DNA from: Thermoanaerobaculia bacterium
GTDB lineage: Bacteria > Acidobacteriota > Thermoanaerobaculia > UBA5066
Reading direction: 5' to 3'
NCBI GenBank assembly: GCA_963719225.1
Contig: CAVRAY010000002.1
Location: 96,001-160,000 of the forward strand
Length of the DNA: 64,000 nucleotides
Part shown: piece after piece, positions 48,404-56,443 of the stretch
How the letters are laid out: each line of letters begins with the position of its first letter
How positions within the stretch are numbered: the stretch's first letter is position 1
The notes under the pieces: generated by a model
Database searches by the model: none
What the model was told of the DNA's origin: nothing
Seen by the model: only the letters and a program-made list of their open reading frames with translations
Position numbers and translations under genes: made by a program

Positions 48404-51081
48404 GCGGACCACACGCCGCTGCGGGCCGCGACCTGACGGGGTCCCGACTCGGCCACTACGAGATTCGCGCGCGCCTCGGCGCAGGCGGCATGGGAGACGT
48501 CTACAGAGCGCAGGATTCGCGGCTCGAGAGGGAGGTCGCGCTGAAGGTCCTGCCGGAAGACTTCTTCGATGACAAGGACAGGAGAAGGCGCTTCGAGCAG
48601 GAAGCGAAACTGCTCGCCGCGCTCAGCCACCCGAACGTCGCGGCCGTCTATTCGTTCGAAGAGGTTCCCGGCTTCACCGGTTCCCCTGCCCGGCACCTTC
48701 TCGCGATGGAGCTCGTCGAGGGAAAGACGCTGCGCGAGCTTCTCGCCGCGGGTCCGCTTCCTCCGAAGACCCTTCTCGACCTCTCCTGCCAGGTCTCGAC
48801 GGGCCTGGCGCAGGCGCACGAGGCGGGGATCGTCCATCGGGACCTCAAGCCCGAGAACATCATGGTCTCGAAGGACGGCTTCGTGAAGATCCTCGACTTT
48901 GGTCTGGCGAAGAGGCTGCCCTTCGAACGGGGCGCTCCGGTCTCCGGCGCGACGGTGACCGCCCTGACGGAAGCCGGGCACGTCGTCGGGACCGCGGGTT
49001 ACATGTCGCCCGAACAGGCCGGGGGCGGCGCCGTGGACTTTCGCTCGGACCAGTTCTCGTTCGGATCGATCCTGTACGAGATGGTCGCGGGCGTGAGAGC
49101 GTTTCAAAAAAAGACCGCCGTCGAAACGCTTTCGGCGATTCTGAACGAAGAGCCGAGACCCGTCGCCGAGATCAACCCGGCCGCGCCCCCGCCTGTGCGC
49201 TGGGTCATCGAGCGGTGCCTGGCCAAGGATCCGGCGGGCCGCTACGCCTCCACCCAGGACCTGGCGAGAGAGCTGAGAACCGTTCGCGATCACTTGACGG
49301 AAGTGTCTGGCATGTCGGCCCCCGCTTTCGCCGCCGCCGCGCCGCGCCGCCGGATCATCGCGCTCATGGGATTTGCGGCAGCGATTCTTCTCGCGCTCGG
49401 CTGGGCGGCCGGGCGACTCCCCCGGGCTGGCGCTGCATGGGAAAACCCCCTGGCGGGAGCCCGCTTCACCCGACTCACGGACTTCGAAGGTTCAGAACTG
49501 GACGCGGTGATCTCAGCGGACGGCAAGCTCGTGGCGTTTCTCGCGGACCGTGATGGCCCGTTCGATGTCTGGGTGGGTCAGGTTGGCGGCACGGGATTCG
49601 TGAATCTCACGCGTGGGCGCTTTCCATCGCTGTACAACGCCTCCACACGCAACATCGGCTTCACCCCGGATGGCACTCAGGTTTGGGTCCACGTCACCGG
49701 CAAAGGCATGACCGAGCACACCATCTGGCTCATCCCCACGCTCGGAGGCGAGGCCCGCCCGTTCCTCACCAATGCGGTTTCCGTCGCCTGGTCACCCGAC
49801 GGGAAGCGCCTCGTCTACCACGAGCCCACGAAAGGGGATCCGGTCTTCCTGGCTGACGCGACCGGTGGCGGCATCGCCAGGCGGTTCGAGGACAAGCCGG
49901 GGCTTCACTGGCACGACCCGGCGTGGGGATCTGACGGACGTTCGCTCTTCTTCTCGCGCGGCCTGCCGCGGGAGGACATGGATCTCTGGCACCTTCCCGT
50001 CGCAACGGGCCCGCCCGAGCGGATGACGAAGCACAGTGCGCGGGTGCGTTATCCGGCGCCGCTAAACGCCAGAACGATCGTCTACTGCGCGATCGGCGAA
50101 GAGGCTTCGGGTTCCGCCCTTTACGCGCTCGACGTGGAGTCCCGGGTGACGCGACGCATCAGCTCCGGACTCGAGGAGTACCTTTCGATCGCCGTTAGCG
50201 CGGACGGCATGCGTCTCGTCGCCGCAGTGGCAAATCCGGATCGGAATCTCTGGACCGTTCCGGTAACCGAGGGGGTCGTCGAGGAGGCGAGCGCCACACG
50301 TGTTTCCCTGTCCGCGGTGCGGGCGATCCGTCCGCGGTGGGACCACGATTCTCTGCTCTTCCTTTCGTACAAGGGCGGCTCGGATCGCCTGTTCAGGAGC
50401 AGCGGCCGGGAGGTCTCGGAACTTTGGAATCCGGTCGGAGGTTCGATAAGCGGGGCGCCCGCCGTTTCCCCCGATGGCGCAAGTATCTGTTTTCCGGTTC
50501 GACGGGCCGGCCGCACTCAGCTTCAGATCATTGCCGCGGACGGCACGAACCCGCGAATCCTCGGAGCGTCTCTCGAGCTCCATGACGGCGCGACCTGGTC
50601 GGCCGACTCGAAGTCGATTGCGGTCTCCGCGACGGACGAGACGGGCTTCGGGCTCTTCAAGGTGCCCGTGGACGGGGGAGCCGTGCAGCGCCTCGTCACG
50701 GGAATCGTCTGGAATCTGGTCTGGTCGCCGGACGGCCGCTTCATCGTCTATTCGGAATCGATTGCCGGGCCGCTCCGGCGCATTCGCGCCGTGACGGCGG
50801 CCGGGACACCACACCCCGTTCCGGAGCTGACCGTTTGGCATGAGGCGGATCGATACCGCTTCCTCGGCGACAGCAGACGTCTCGTCGTCCTGAAGGGACC
50901 GTACCGGCACCAGGACTTCTGGCTGGTCGACCTCGAGACGGGAAAGGAGCGTCGACTCACGAACCTCAAGCCGGGATACGAGCCCAACAGCTTCGACATT
51001 TCGCCCGACGGTCGCCAGATCGTGTTCGACCGCGTTCGGGAGAACTCCGACATCGTCCTGATCGACCGGGTCCGGCAATGA
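48400..51081 (+). CDS. Membrane Ser/Thr kinase with PD40/TolB-like beta-propeller C-terminus
   Basis: GAGGMGDVY, HRDLKPEN, DFG, GTAGYMSPEQ; one TM; SPDG repeats; GTGA overlap with the regulator. Confidence 0.95.
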   Translation: MSGPHAAAGRDLTGSRLGHYEIRARLGAGGMGDVYRAQDSRLEREVALKVLPEDFFDDKDRRRRFEQEAKLLAALSHPNVAAVYSFEEVPGFTGSPARHLLAMELVEGKTLRELLAAGPLPPKTLLDLSCQVSTGLAQAHEAGIVHRDLKPENIMVSKDGFVKILDFGLAKRLPFERGAPVSGATVTALTEAGHVVGTAGYMSPEQAGGGAVDFRSDQFSFGSILYEMVAGVRAFQKKTAVETLSAILNEEPRPVAEINPAAPPPVRWVIERCLAKDPAGRYASTQDLARELRTVRDHLTEVSGMSAPAFAAAAPRRRIIALMGFAAAILLALGWAAGRLPRAGAAWENPLAGARFTRLTDFEGSELDAVISADGKLVAFLADRDGPFDVWVGQVGGTGFVNLTRGRFPSLYNASTRNIGFTPDGTQVWVHVTGKGMTEHTIWLIPTLGGEARPFLTNAVSVAWSPDGKRLVYHEPTKGDPVFLADATGGGIARRFEDKPGLHWHDPAWGSDGRSLFFSRGLPREDMDLWHLPVATGPPERMTKHSARVRYPAPLNARTIVYCAIGEEASGSALYALDVESRVTRRISSGLEEYLSIAVSADGMRLVAAVANPDRNLWTVPVTEGVVEEASATRVSLSAVRAIRPRWDHDSLLFLSYKGGSDRLFRSSGREVSELWNPVGGSISGAPAVSPDGASICFPVRRAGRTQLQIIAADGTNPRILGASLELHDGATWSADSKSIAVSATDETGFGLFKVPVDGGAVQRLVTGIVWNLVWSPDGRFIVYSESIAGPLRRIRAVTAAGTPHPVPELTVWHEADRYRFLGDSRRLVVLKGPYRHQDFWLVDLETGKERRLTNLKPGYEPNSFDISPDGRQIVFDRVRENSDIVLIDRVRQ

Positions 51082-51123
51082 GGTACCGCGTATGGCTGGC
51101 AGTCGGCCGGATGTTCGGCGCCC

Positions 51124-51264
51124 TCACTTCGGGAAAGCCGAGGTGTCGATCGAGGGAAGGATCCTGAGCGCGTTCTTGTAATAGAACTCCTCGATCGACA
51201 TCGTCTGGGCGTTTGCGAACCGGGCAAGAAGTAGCGCGGTCAGCGCTCCGGTGCGCAATCTCAC
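51124..51264 (-). pseudogene. Collapsed amidohydrolase gene remnant (46 aa)
   Basis: GTGA overlap with the murF stop; signal peptide plus AQTMSIEE joined to FYYKNALRILPSIDTSAFPK, resembling both termini of secreted amidohydrolase-2 proteins (from memory). Confidence 0.6.
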
Positions 51265-52715
51265 GGGTGACTTTCCTCCGACGCCGCGAGCGCGTCGACC
51301 ACGCGCTCGAGCTTCATCCCGCGACTCCCCTTGACGAGGACGGTGTCGCCCGGCTGAAGGATTGGGCGAAGCCAGGCGAGGAGCGGCTCGATCTCGGTGA
51401 AGTGGGCCGAGGGATGAGAGGAAGAAGAAGAGAATTCCTTGAAAGTAAGAGAGGAACGCGGCCCGAAGAATGCCGCCAGCTCGACGGATTCCGCGGCCTT
51501 CCGTCCCAGCTTTCGATGCTCTTCCTCTTCGGAGGCTCCGAGCTCGAGCATGTCGCCCAGCACCGCGATCGCGCGGGCGGACCCGGGCACGCTCAGGCTC
51601 GCGAGGGTCGTGAGCGCAGCCTCCATGGACGCAGGCGAGGCGTTGTAGCAATCGTCGAGGATCGTGATCCCGCCCGCGCCCGCCACCAAGCGGGAGCGGT
51701 GCGAATAAGGCTTCGCAGCGGCAAGCCCGCGGGAGATTTCCTCGAATGTATAAGAGAGCGCGAGAGCCGTGGCCGCCGCGGCTGCCGCATTCATGGCGTT
51801 GTGCTCCCCCACGAACCCCAGCCTGACGGTGACCTTGCGGAGCTGTAGGTCGCCGCCGAGACGTCCACGCCCCGGATGGCCGTCCCACTCTTCCCCTTCC
51901 AAGCAGATTTCCTGCCCTTGAATTCCGAGAGGCGTTACCCGCACAAGACGGACGTCCGCAACGGCGCTCTTGCCAAAGAAGATCTTCTTCACGCCGCTCG
52001 CCACCCGCTCCGCCTGCGTCAGGCAGCGCGCGTCGTCCGCGTTCACGACCGCGACGGAGCCCGGAAGGAGGCCGCGGTAGAGCTCGCCCTCGGCTTCCGC
52101 GACGCCGTCGAGGTCCTTCAGGAACTCGAGGTGCTCGGCCGCCACGAGCGTCAGGACACCGGCGTCCGGGCGGGCCATCGCGGTGATCCGCTGGAGCTCG
52201 CCCGGCGTCGACATGCCGAGCTCCACGACCGCGGCCTTATGCTCGCTTCGGAGGGAGAGAAGCGTCAGCGGGACTCCGATCTCGTTGTTGAAGTTACCTT
52301 CCGTCGCGAGCGCGGGACCGCGCGTCCTGAGGATCGCCGCGACCATCTCCTTCGTGGTGGTCTTGCCGGCCGATCCGCCGACCGCCGCGACGGGAATCGA
52401 GAACCGGCTTCGGTGGAAAGCCGCGAGAGCCCCGAGCGCCCGGAGCGTGTCGTCGACCTCGAAGAGCGGAAGTCCCCAAACGCGCGGCGTTCCCTTCCTC
52501 ACGACCGCCGCGACCGCGCCTTTGGCGGCCGCCTCGCCGAGAAACGCGTGCCCGTCGAACCGGTCGCCCTTCAGCGCGACGTAGAGCGCGCCCGGAAGCA
52601 GCGTGCGCGTGTCGATCGAAACGGACGAAAACGCAGGTGGAAAAGCGTCGGCCCGGGAAGCAGCCGTCGCGCGCGCGACGTCCTCCGCCGTGAAGACTCC
52701 CTCAGTCGAGGCCGT
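51261..52715 (-). CDS. murF: UDP-N-acetylmuramoyl-tripeptide--D-Ala-D-Ala ligase
   Basis: SIDTR..PG.LYVALKGDRFDGH upstream of the called ORF, GSAGKTTTKE, NFNNEIG.P, DDCYNA.P.SM, LGDMLELG and VKGSRG; the apparent start is ACG at 52715. Confidence 0.93.
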   Translation of the reverse strand, partial: TASTEGVFTAEDVARATAASRADAFPPAFSSVSIDTRTLLPGALYVALKGDRFDGHAFLGEAAAKGAVAAVVRKGTPRVWGLPLFEVDDTLRALGALAAFHRSRFSIPVAAVGGSAGKTTTKEMVAAILRTRGPALATEGNFNNEIGVPLTLLSLRSEHKAAVVELGMSTPGELQRITAMARPDAGVLTLVAAEHLEFLKDLDGVAEAEGELYRGLLPGSVAVVNADDARCLTQAERVASGVKKIFFGKSAVADVRLVRVTPLGIQGQEICLEGEEWDGHPGRGRLGGDLQLRKVTVRLGFVGEHNAMNAAAAAATALALSYTFEEISRGLAAAKPYSHRSRLVAGAGGITILDDCYNASPASMEAALTTLASLSVPGSARAIAVLGDMLELGASEEEEHRKLGRKAAESVELAAFFGPRSSLTFKEFSSSSSHPSAHFTEIEPLLAWLRPILQPGDTVLVKGSRGMKLERVVDALAASEESHP

Positions 52716-53814
52716 AGCGCGTCTCCTGGAGGATGTAGTCCACGACCGCGGGCAGGCTCTGCGTCTTCTCGTAGACCTCGCGCTGGCGGTCCGCGCCCGT
52801 GCGGCGCGCCAGGATCGTGTGGACGTACTCGATCTCCTTCCGCGACCCGAGGTCGTCCAGGACGTCGTCCACGAACGCGAGAAGCTCCCCGAGGAGCGAC
52901 GCGAACGGAACCTCCTCTTTCTTCCCGAAGTCGATCAGGGGGCCGTCGATGCCGAAGCGCGCCGCGCGTGTCTTGTTCTCGCTGATGAGGGCCCGCGGGT
53001 AGAGCCGGAAGGTCAGGTTCCCGTCGTAGAGCTTCCAGAGCTTTACGGTGATCGCCTGGAAAAGCGCCGCCAGGCAGATCGTCTCGTCCACGCGCATCGG
53101 GATGTCGCAGATCCGGTACTCGAGGGTCGGGAAGAACGGGTGCGGCCGCACGTCCCACCAGATCTTCTTCGGGTTGTCGATGCAGTTCGTCTTCACGAGC
53201 GTCTCGACGTAGCTCATGTAATCGGCCCACGAGAAATACTGGTCCGGAATTCCCGTGCGCGGGAACCGTTCGAACACCTTCGCGCGGAAGCTCTTCCACC
53301 CCGTGTCGCGTCCCGACCAGAACGGCGAGTTCGTCGAGAGCGCGAAGACGTGCGGAAGAAAGTACCGAACTGCGTTCTGCAGCGCGATCCGGGTCTCGTC
53401 GTGCTCGACGGCGACATGCACGTGGAGCCCGAAGATCAGGTTGCCGCGCGCGACATCCCCGAGGTCGTAGAGGATCCTCTCGTAGCGCGGGTTCTCGGTG
53501 ATCGGCACTTCCGACCAGTTCGTGAAGGGATGCGTTCCGGCGGCGCCGATCGCGAGGCCCGCCGAGCCCGTGAGCGCCACGAGCTCCCGCCTGAGGTTCG
53601 TCACGTCGGCACGCGCCTCGGCGATGTCCTTGCAGATTCCCGTTCCCACCTCGACGACGGACTGGTGGAATTCGCGCTTGATCTTGTCCTTGAGGCGCAG
53701 CTCGCCGGCCGCGAAGAGCTCCTGGATGTGGGCCTTGAGCGCGCGCGTCCCGGGATCGATGATCTGGAACTCCTCCTCGATCCCGAGGGTGAACGACGGG
53801 CGCGGCGCTCCCAC
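52702..53814 (-). CDS. Carboxylate-amine ligase (YbdK/GCS2 glutamate-cysteine ligase family)
   Basis: TLGIEEEFQ, GTHPF, FGLHVHV, SPFW.G.DTG, IWWDVRPHP...TLEYRICD. Confidence 0.93.
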   Translation of the reverse strand: MGAPRPSFTLGIEEEFQIIDPGTRALKAHIQELFAAGELRLKDKIKREFHQSVVEVGTGICKDIAEARADVTNLRRELVALTGSAGLAIGAAGTHPFTNWSEVPITENPRYERILYDLGDVARGNLIFGLHVHVAVEHDETRIALQNAVRYFLPHVFALSTNSPFWSGRDTGWKSFRAKVFERFPRTGIPDQYFSWADYMSYVETLVKTNCIDNPKKIWWDVRPHPFFPTLEYRICDIPMRVDETICLAALFQAITVKLWKLYDGNLTFRLYPRALISENKTRAARFGIDGPLIDFGKKEEVPFASLLGELLAFVDDVLDDLGSRKEIEYVHTILARRTGADRQREVYEKTQSLPAVVDYILQETRYGLD

Positions 53815-53840
53815 GGCTCAGCCCGCGCGGTCCGCGGCTC

Positions 53841-54803
53841 TCATTTCGCGATGCCCAGGAGCTTCGGCCAGGTGCCGAGGCTCTCGAAGGGGCGCGGCTG
53901 ACGAACGCGGTCGAGGAGGAACTCGGCCATCGCGCGGACGATCCAGTCGAAGTTCTCCTGGCCCACGGAGGCGACGTCGGCGTCCGGCGCGCAGTTCATG
54001 AAGTCGATCGCATAGGGAACGCCGTCCCTCACGGCGAACTCCACGGTGTTCAGGTCGTAGCCCAGGGCCTCGCACAGGGCAATGGATCCCTCCGTCACGC
54101 GCTGGACGATCGCCGCGGGGACGGCCCGGCCCCGCGCCGCCTCGTAGCGCAGGTGGTGCGGCTCCTTCGGGGCGTATCCCATGATGCGCACGCGCTTTCG
54201 CCCCACGACGTAGCAGCGATAGTAGTCCGTGAACTCGATCGCCTCCTGCGCCATCATCTCGAGGTCACGGGTCTCTTCGTACGCGGAGAAGAACGCGTCC
54301 GGCGTGTCGCACTTGTAGACGTCCTTCCAGCCTCCGCCGTTCGCGGGCTTCAGGAAGATCGGGAACCCGAGGTACGAGAAGACACGGTCCCAGTCCACCA
54401 TTTCCAGGTTCCGGAAGGACTTCTCGGTCGTGTTCGGCGGGCGGTGCTTGTGCGGGAGGAGGACCGTCTTCGGCACGGCGACGCCGGCCGCGAGCGCGAC
54501 GACGTTGTCGAAGAACTTGTCGTCCGCCGACCACCAGATCGGGTTGTTCACGACGTCGACGCCGCGCGCGACGGCGCACTTCAGGAACGTCCGGTAGAAG
54601 GGAACTTCGTGGCTGATGCGGTCGAGGATGACGGAATCCTCGAAGGACTGCTCCTGCGTCAGATGGGAAATCTTCACGGGGCCGGACTCGATCGCTTCTC
54701 CGCTCTTTTTCGCGAGCGTGTTGATCTCGTTCATCAGGGCCCAGGGAAACGTGTCCTCCATGCCGAACAGAATCCCGATCCGCTTGTTCGCCACCTCCGT
54801 CAC
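53841..54803 (-). CDS. RimK-like ATP-grasp ligase
   Basis: DRISH, NNP.WWSADDKF, VPKT, FP.FLKP..GGGWKDVY, QEAI, TVEFA..DG.PYAIDFMN. Confidence 0.85.
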   Translation of the reverse strand: MTEVANKRIGILFGMEDTFPWALMNEINTLAKKSGEAIESGPVKISHLTQEQSFEDSVILDRISHEVPFYRTFLKCAVARGVDVVNNPIWWSADDKFFDNVVALAAGVAVPKTVLLPHKHRPPNTTEKSFRNLEMVDWDRVFSYLGFPIFLKPANGGGWKDVYKCDTPDAFFSAYEETRDLEMMAQEAIEFTDYYRCYVVGRKRVRIMGYAPKEPHHLRYEAARGRAVPAAIVQRVTEGSIALCEALGYDLNTVEFAVRDGVPYAIDFMNCAPDADVASVGQENFDWIVRAMAEFLLDRVRQPRPFESLGTWPKLLGIAK

Positions 54804-54889
54804 CGATTCCTCCCCGAGCGGCGCTCGCCGCGGGCGCATCCTAACGGAGCGGCGAAGAGAAGCGCAAAGGACTTGGTTAGACTCCCTCG

Positions 54890-55594
54890 ATGAAACGCGA
54901 GTACGGATCCTGGAAGAGCGCCGCGCTTTCGAGGCCGATGGAGTTTCTCTGGTTCGGCGACCGCGGGCGGCCCGTCCTCTTCTTCCCGACGTCGATGGGG
55001 CGCTTCTATCAGAACGAGGACTTCGGCCTCACGGGGGCGCTCGCCGACAAGGTGGACGCCGGATGGCTGCAGCTCGTCTGCGTCGACTCCGTGGACGCCG
55101 AGAGCTGGTACAACAAGACGATCCCCCCCGCCGCGCGCGCGCGTCGCCACGACGCCTACGACCGCTACTTTCGAGACGAGATGCTGCCGTACATCACGGC
55201 GCGGACCGGCGGGAACATCGTGACCGTCGGCGCGTCCTTCGGGGCGTACCACGCCGCGAACGTAGCGGCGCGGTATCCCGGCGTCGTCACGAAGGCGATC
55301 TGCTTCTCCGGCCTCTACGACGTGTTCCAGTTCCTCGACGGCTACTGGGACCAGACCTGCTACTACCACTCGCCGATGGCCTACATCGCGAACATGGACG
55401 AAGCCTGGAAAGAGAAGCTTCGCGAGGTCGAATGGGTCGTCGCGACCGGCGAGAACGATTCGCTCGTGCGCCAGAACCGGGAGTTCGCGGCGCTCCTCGA
55501 AAGGCAGGGGCAGCGCGTTCAGGCGGAGTTCTGGCCCGGCGTCTTCGGCCACGACTGGCCGTTCTGGAAAGAGCACATCCGGAGATTCATCTGA
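54890..55594 (+). CDS. Esterase (alpha/beta hydrolase, esterase_PHB/antigen-85-like)
   Basis: FPTSMGRF, GASFG nucleophile elbow, SGLYD and GHDWPFW. Confidence 0.88.
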   Translation: MKREYGSWKSAALSRPMEFLWFGDRGRPVLFFPTSMGRFYQNEDFGLTGALADKVDAGWLQLVCVDSVDAESWYNKTIPPAARARRHDAYDRYFRDEMLPYITARTGGNIVTVGASFGAYHAANVAARYPGVVTKAICFSGLYDVFQFLDGYWDQTCYYHSPMAYIANMDEAWKEKLREVEWVVATGENDSLVRQNREFAALLERQGQRVQAEFWPGVFGHDWPFWKEHIRRFI

Positions 55595-56388
55595 CTCGTG
55601 GCGTTCCGATCGCCTTTTTCGCGAGCCTCGTCTGGATCGGCGCGGCCTCCGTGCAGGCGGCAGGCCTTGAAGCCGCGGACGGTTATTCCTACCCGTATAC
55701 CGTACGGTCCGACCGTCTGATTGTCGAGCAGGAAGGTTCCGTCGCCGTTTCCGGCCCGAGGCGCCGGATCGAGAGGAGAACGGATGGTGTCGCGATCGTG
55801 ACGACGTGGCCGGACTCGAGCCGTTGTTTTTCGTTCGACGTCCAGCGCCGGACGTTCTGGGAATGTTCCGAGGCGGCGGCGCCGGCCTCGCCGGGCCCCC
55901 TGCCCGAAGTCTCCCGGCTGACGGTGCGCGAGATCCCTCCTCCCGAGGACGCTGCCGGCGGAGCCGCGGGCCTGAAGCGCCGCGCCCGGCTTCTCTCCTG
56001 CCGCCTCACGACGCCGCTGCCGGGAGGCGCGAAGAACCCCGCGGCGCGCTTTCTGAAGGCGTACGTCGCGGACCTCAGCGTCGAGCTCGTCGTCTCGGAG
56101 GTGGAGGCGCCGGGTCTCGTCGTGCCGTGGCGGCTGCACGCGAATCTCTTCGGGCAGCATCTCGCGCCGGTCGAGGACGCGCTCGCGGCCTTCCTTGCCT
56201 CCCGCGAAGGGAGGCCCGTGCGCCTGCGCGTGCGTACGACCCGCACGGCCGAGGGCGGTACCGCCGTTCGCGACGAAGTCGAGGTCGTCTTCGGGGAATT
56301 CCGTCCTCTTCCGGCGGACCCGGCGTTCTTCGAGGTGCCGCGGGGCTACCGGCACGAGAAGCCGGTCGTCGGCATTCCCGCGCTCTGA
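55591..56388 (+). CDS. Hypothetical secreted protein (DUF4412-like tail)
   Basis: Signal-peptide-like N-terminus; ends DPAFFEVPRGY; likely CTG start overlapping the esterase TGA, with GGAG 6 nt upstream. Confidence 0.6.
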   Translation: MTRGVPIAFFASLVWIGAASVQAAGLEAADGYSYPYTVRSDRLIVEQEGSVAVSGPRRRIERRTDGVAIVTTWPDSSRCFSFDVQRRTFWECSEAAAPASPGPLPEVSRLTVREIPPPEDAAGGAAGLKRRARLLSCRLTTPLPGGAKNPAARFLKAYVADLSVELVVSEVEAPGLVVPWRLHANLFGQHLAPVEDALAAFLASREGRPVRLRVRTTRTAEGGTAVRDEVEVVFGEFRPLPADPAFFEVPRGYRHEKPVVGIPAL

Positions 56389-56443
56389 CGCAGGGCACTC
56401 TCTTTCCGCGTAGCGGCGCGTTGGGAAAGAAAGCCGTGAATCC

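Noticed and set aside
27206-51123. Accessory block as a prophage or ICE
   Set aside because: No integrase, tRNA target, terminal direct repeats, or phage or conjugation genes were seen.
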